This document shows, piece after piece, positions 63,771 through 64,000 of a stretch of 64,000 bases of DNA. This DNA is from Entomortierella parvispora E1425 (taxonomy: Eukaryota; Fungi; Mortierellomycota), in the NCBI GenBank assembly GCA_020891255.1, contig BQFW01000002.1:3410001-3474000 (forward strand), in the 5' to 3' direction. The notes under the pieces are model-generated. The model searched no databases. It saw only the letters and a program-made list of their open reading frames with translations, and was not told the DNA's origin. Every line of letters begins with the position of its first letter. Position 1 is the first letter of the stretch. Both the position numbers and the translations under genes were made by a program.

Positions 63771-64000
63771 ATGCCACAGCTCTTAGAATCCACGCGATCC
63801 TTCCTAAAATCATCAACGCGACTGGGCCGACGCATGAGCAACAAGGACGAATCGGCCGACTCTTCGACCGCGACCGAGACCTCCTCCAACACCGATCACA
63901 ACCTCCACTACTATTCCAATAACGGCGCTGTCCGTGCAGCTTCTGTCAAGGACGACACGACCGCATCCACAACCACCCATCGCCCCTCCACCCACAACCG
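63771..64000 (+). CDS. 5' end of an unidentified gene, truncated by the window edge
   Basis: ATG 63771 after a long pyrimidine-rich leader; frame stays open to the edge (MPQLLESTRSFLKSSTRLGRRMSNKDESADSS...). No recognisable domain in the visible part. Confidence 0.5.
   Translation, partial: MPQLLESTRSFLKSSTRLGRRMSNKDESADSSTATETSSNTDHNLHYYSNNGAVRAASVKDDTTASTTTHRPSTHN

Noticed and set aside
1-64000. U12-type (minor) introns, CRISPR arrays, rRNA genes, transposase or retroelement ORFs
   Set aside because: All donor sites I read are U2-type GT without the RTATCCTT consensus; no arrays, rRNA signatures or RT/transposase motifs were seen.

Overview
Eukaryotic, intron-rich fungal DNA (about 50% GC, short GT-AG introns, many homopolymer and microsatellite tracts). 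Gene content and style (WDR91, AA11-type LPMO, BEM1, GWT1, YPD1) suggest an early-diverging fungus, probably Mucoromycota/Mortierellaceae; this is inference. I can support about 20 protein genes: S9 peptidase (partial), family III CoA-transferase, Yox1-like homeodomain protein, TRP2, TauD-family dioxygenase, Cid1-type terminal nucleotidyltransferase, ALO-like FAD oxidase, RasGEF, NAT4/NAA40, BEM1, GWT1, ATF/CREB bZIP, YPD1, WDR91, zeta-COP, Spo73/Mug65-like dysferlin-domain protein, AA11-like LPMO, CDC37 and a truncated ORF at the right edge. The main unexplained signal is non-coding. Two intergenic + strand elements 36 kb apart (22645-22907 and 59005-59295) share the same order of sequence blocks, one exact 25-nt spacing, Pol III-type A/B boxes in a broken tRNA-like head, hairpins with compensatory changes and a 3' oligo-T end. 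I cannot match them to any ncRNA family I know, so they are a candidate undescribed Pol III structured-RNA (or SINE-like) family. All exon structures were read by eye and no database search was run.
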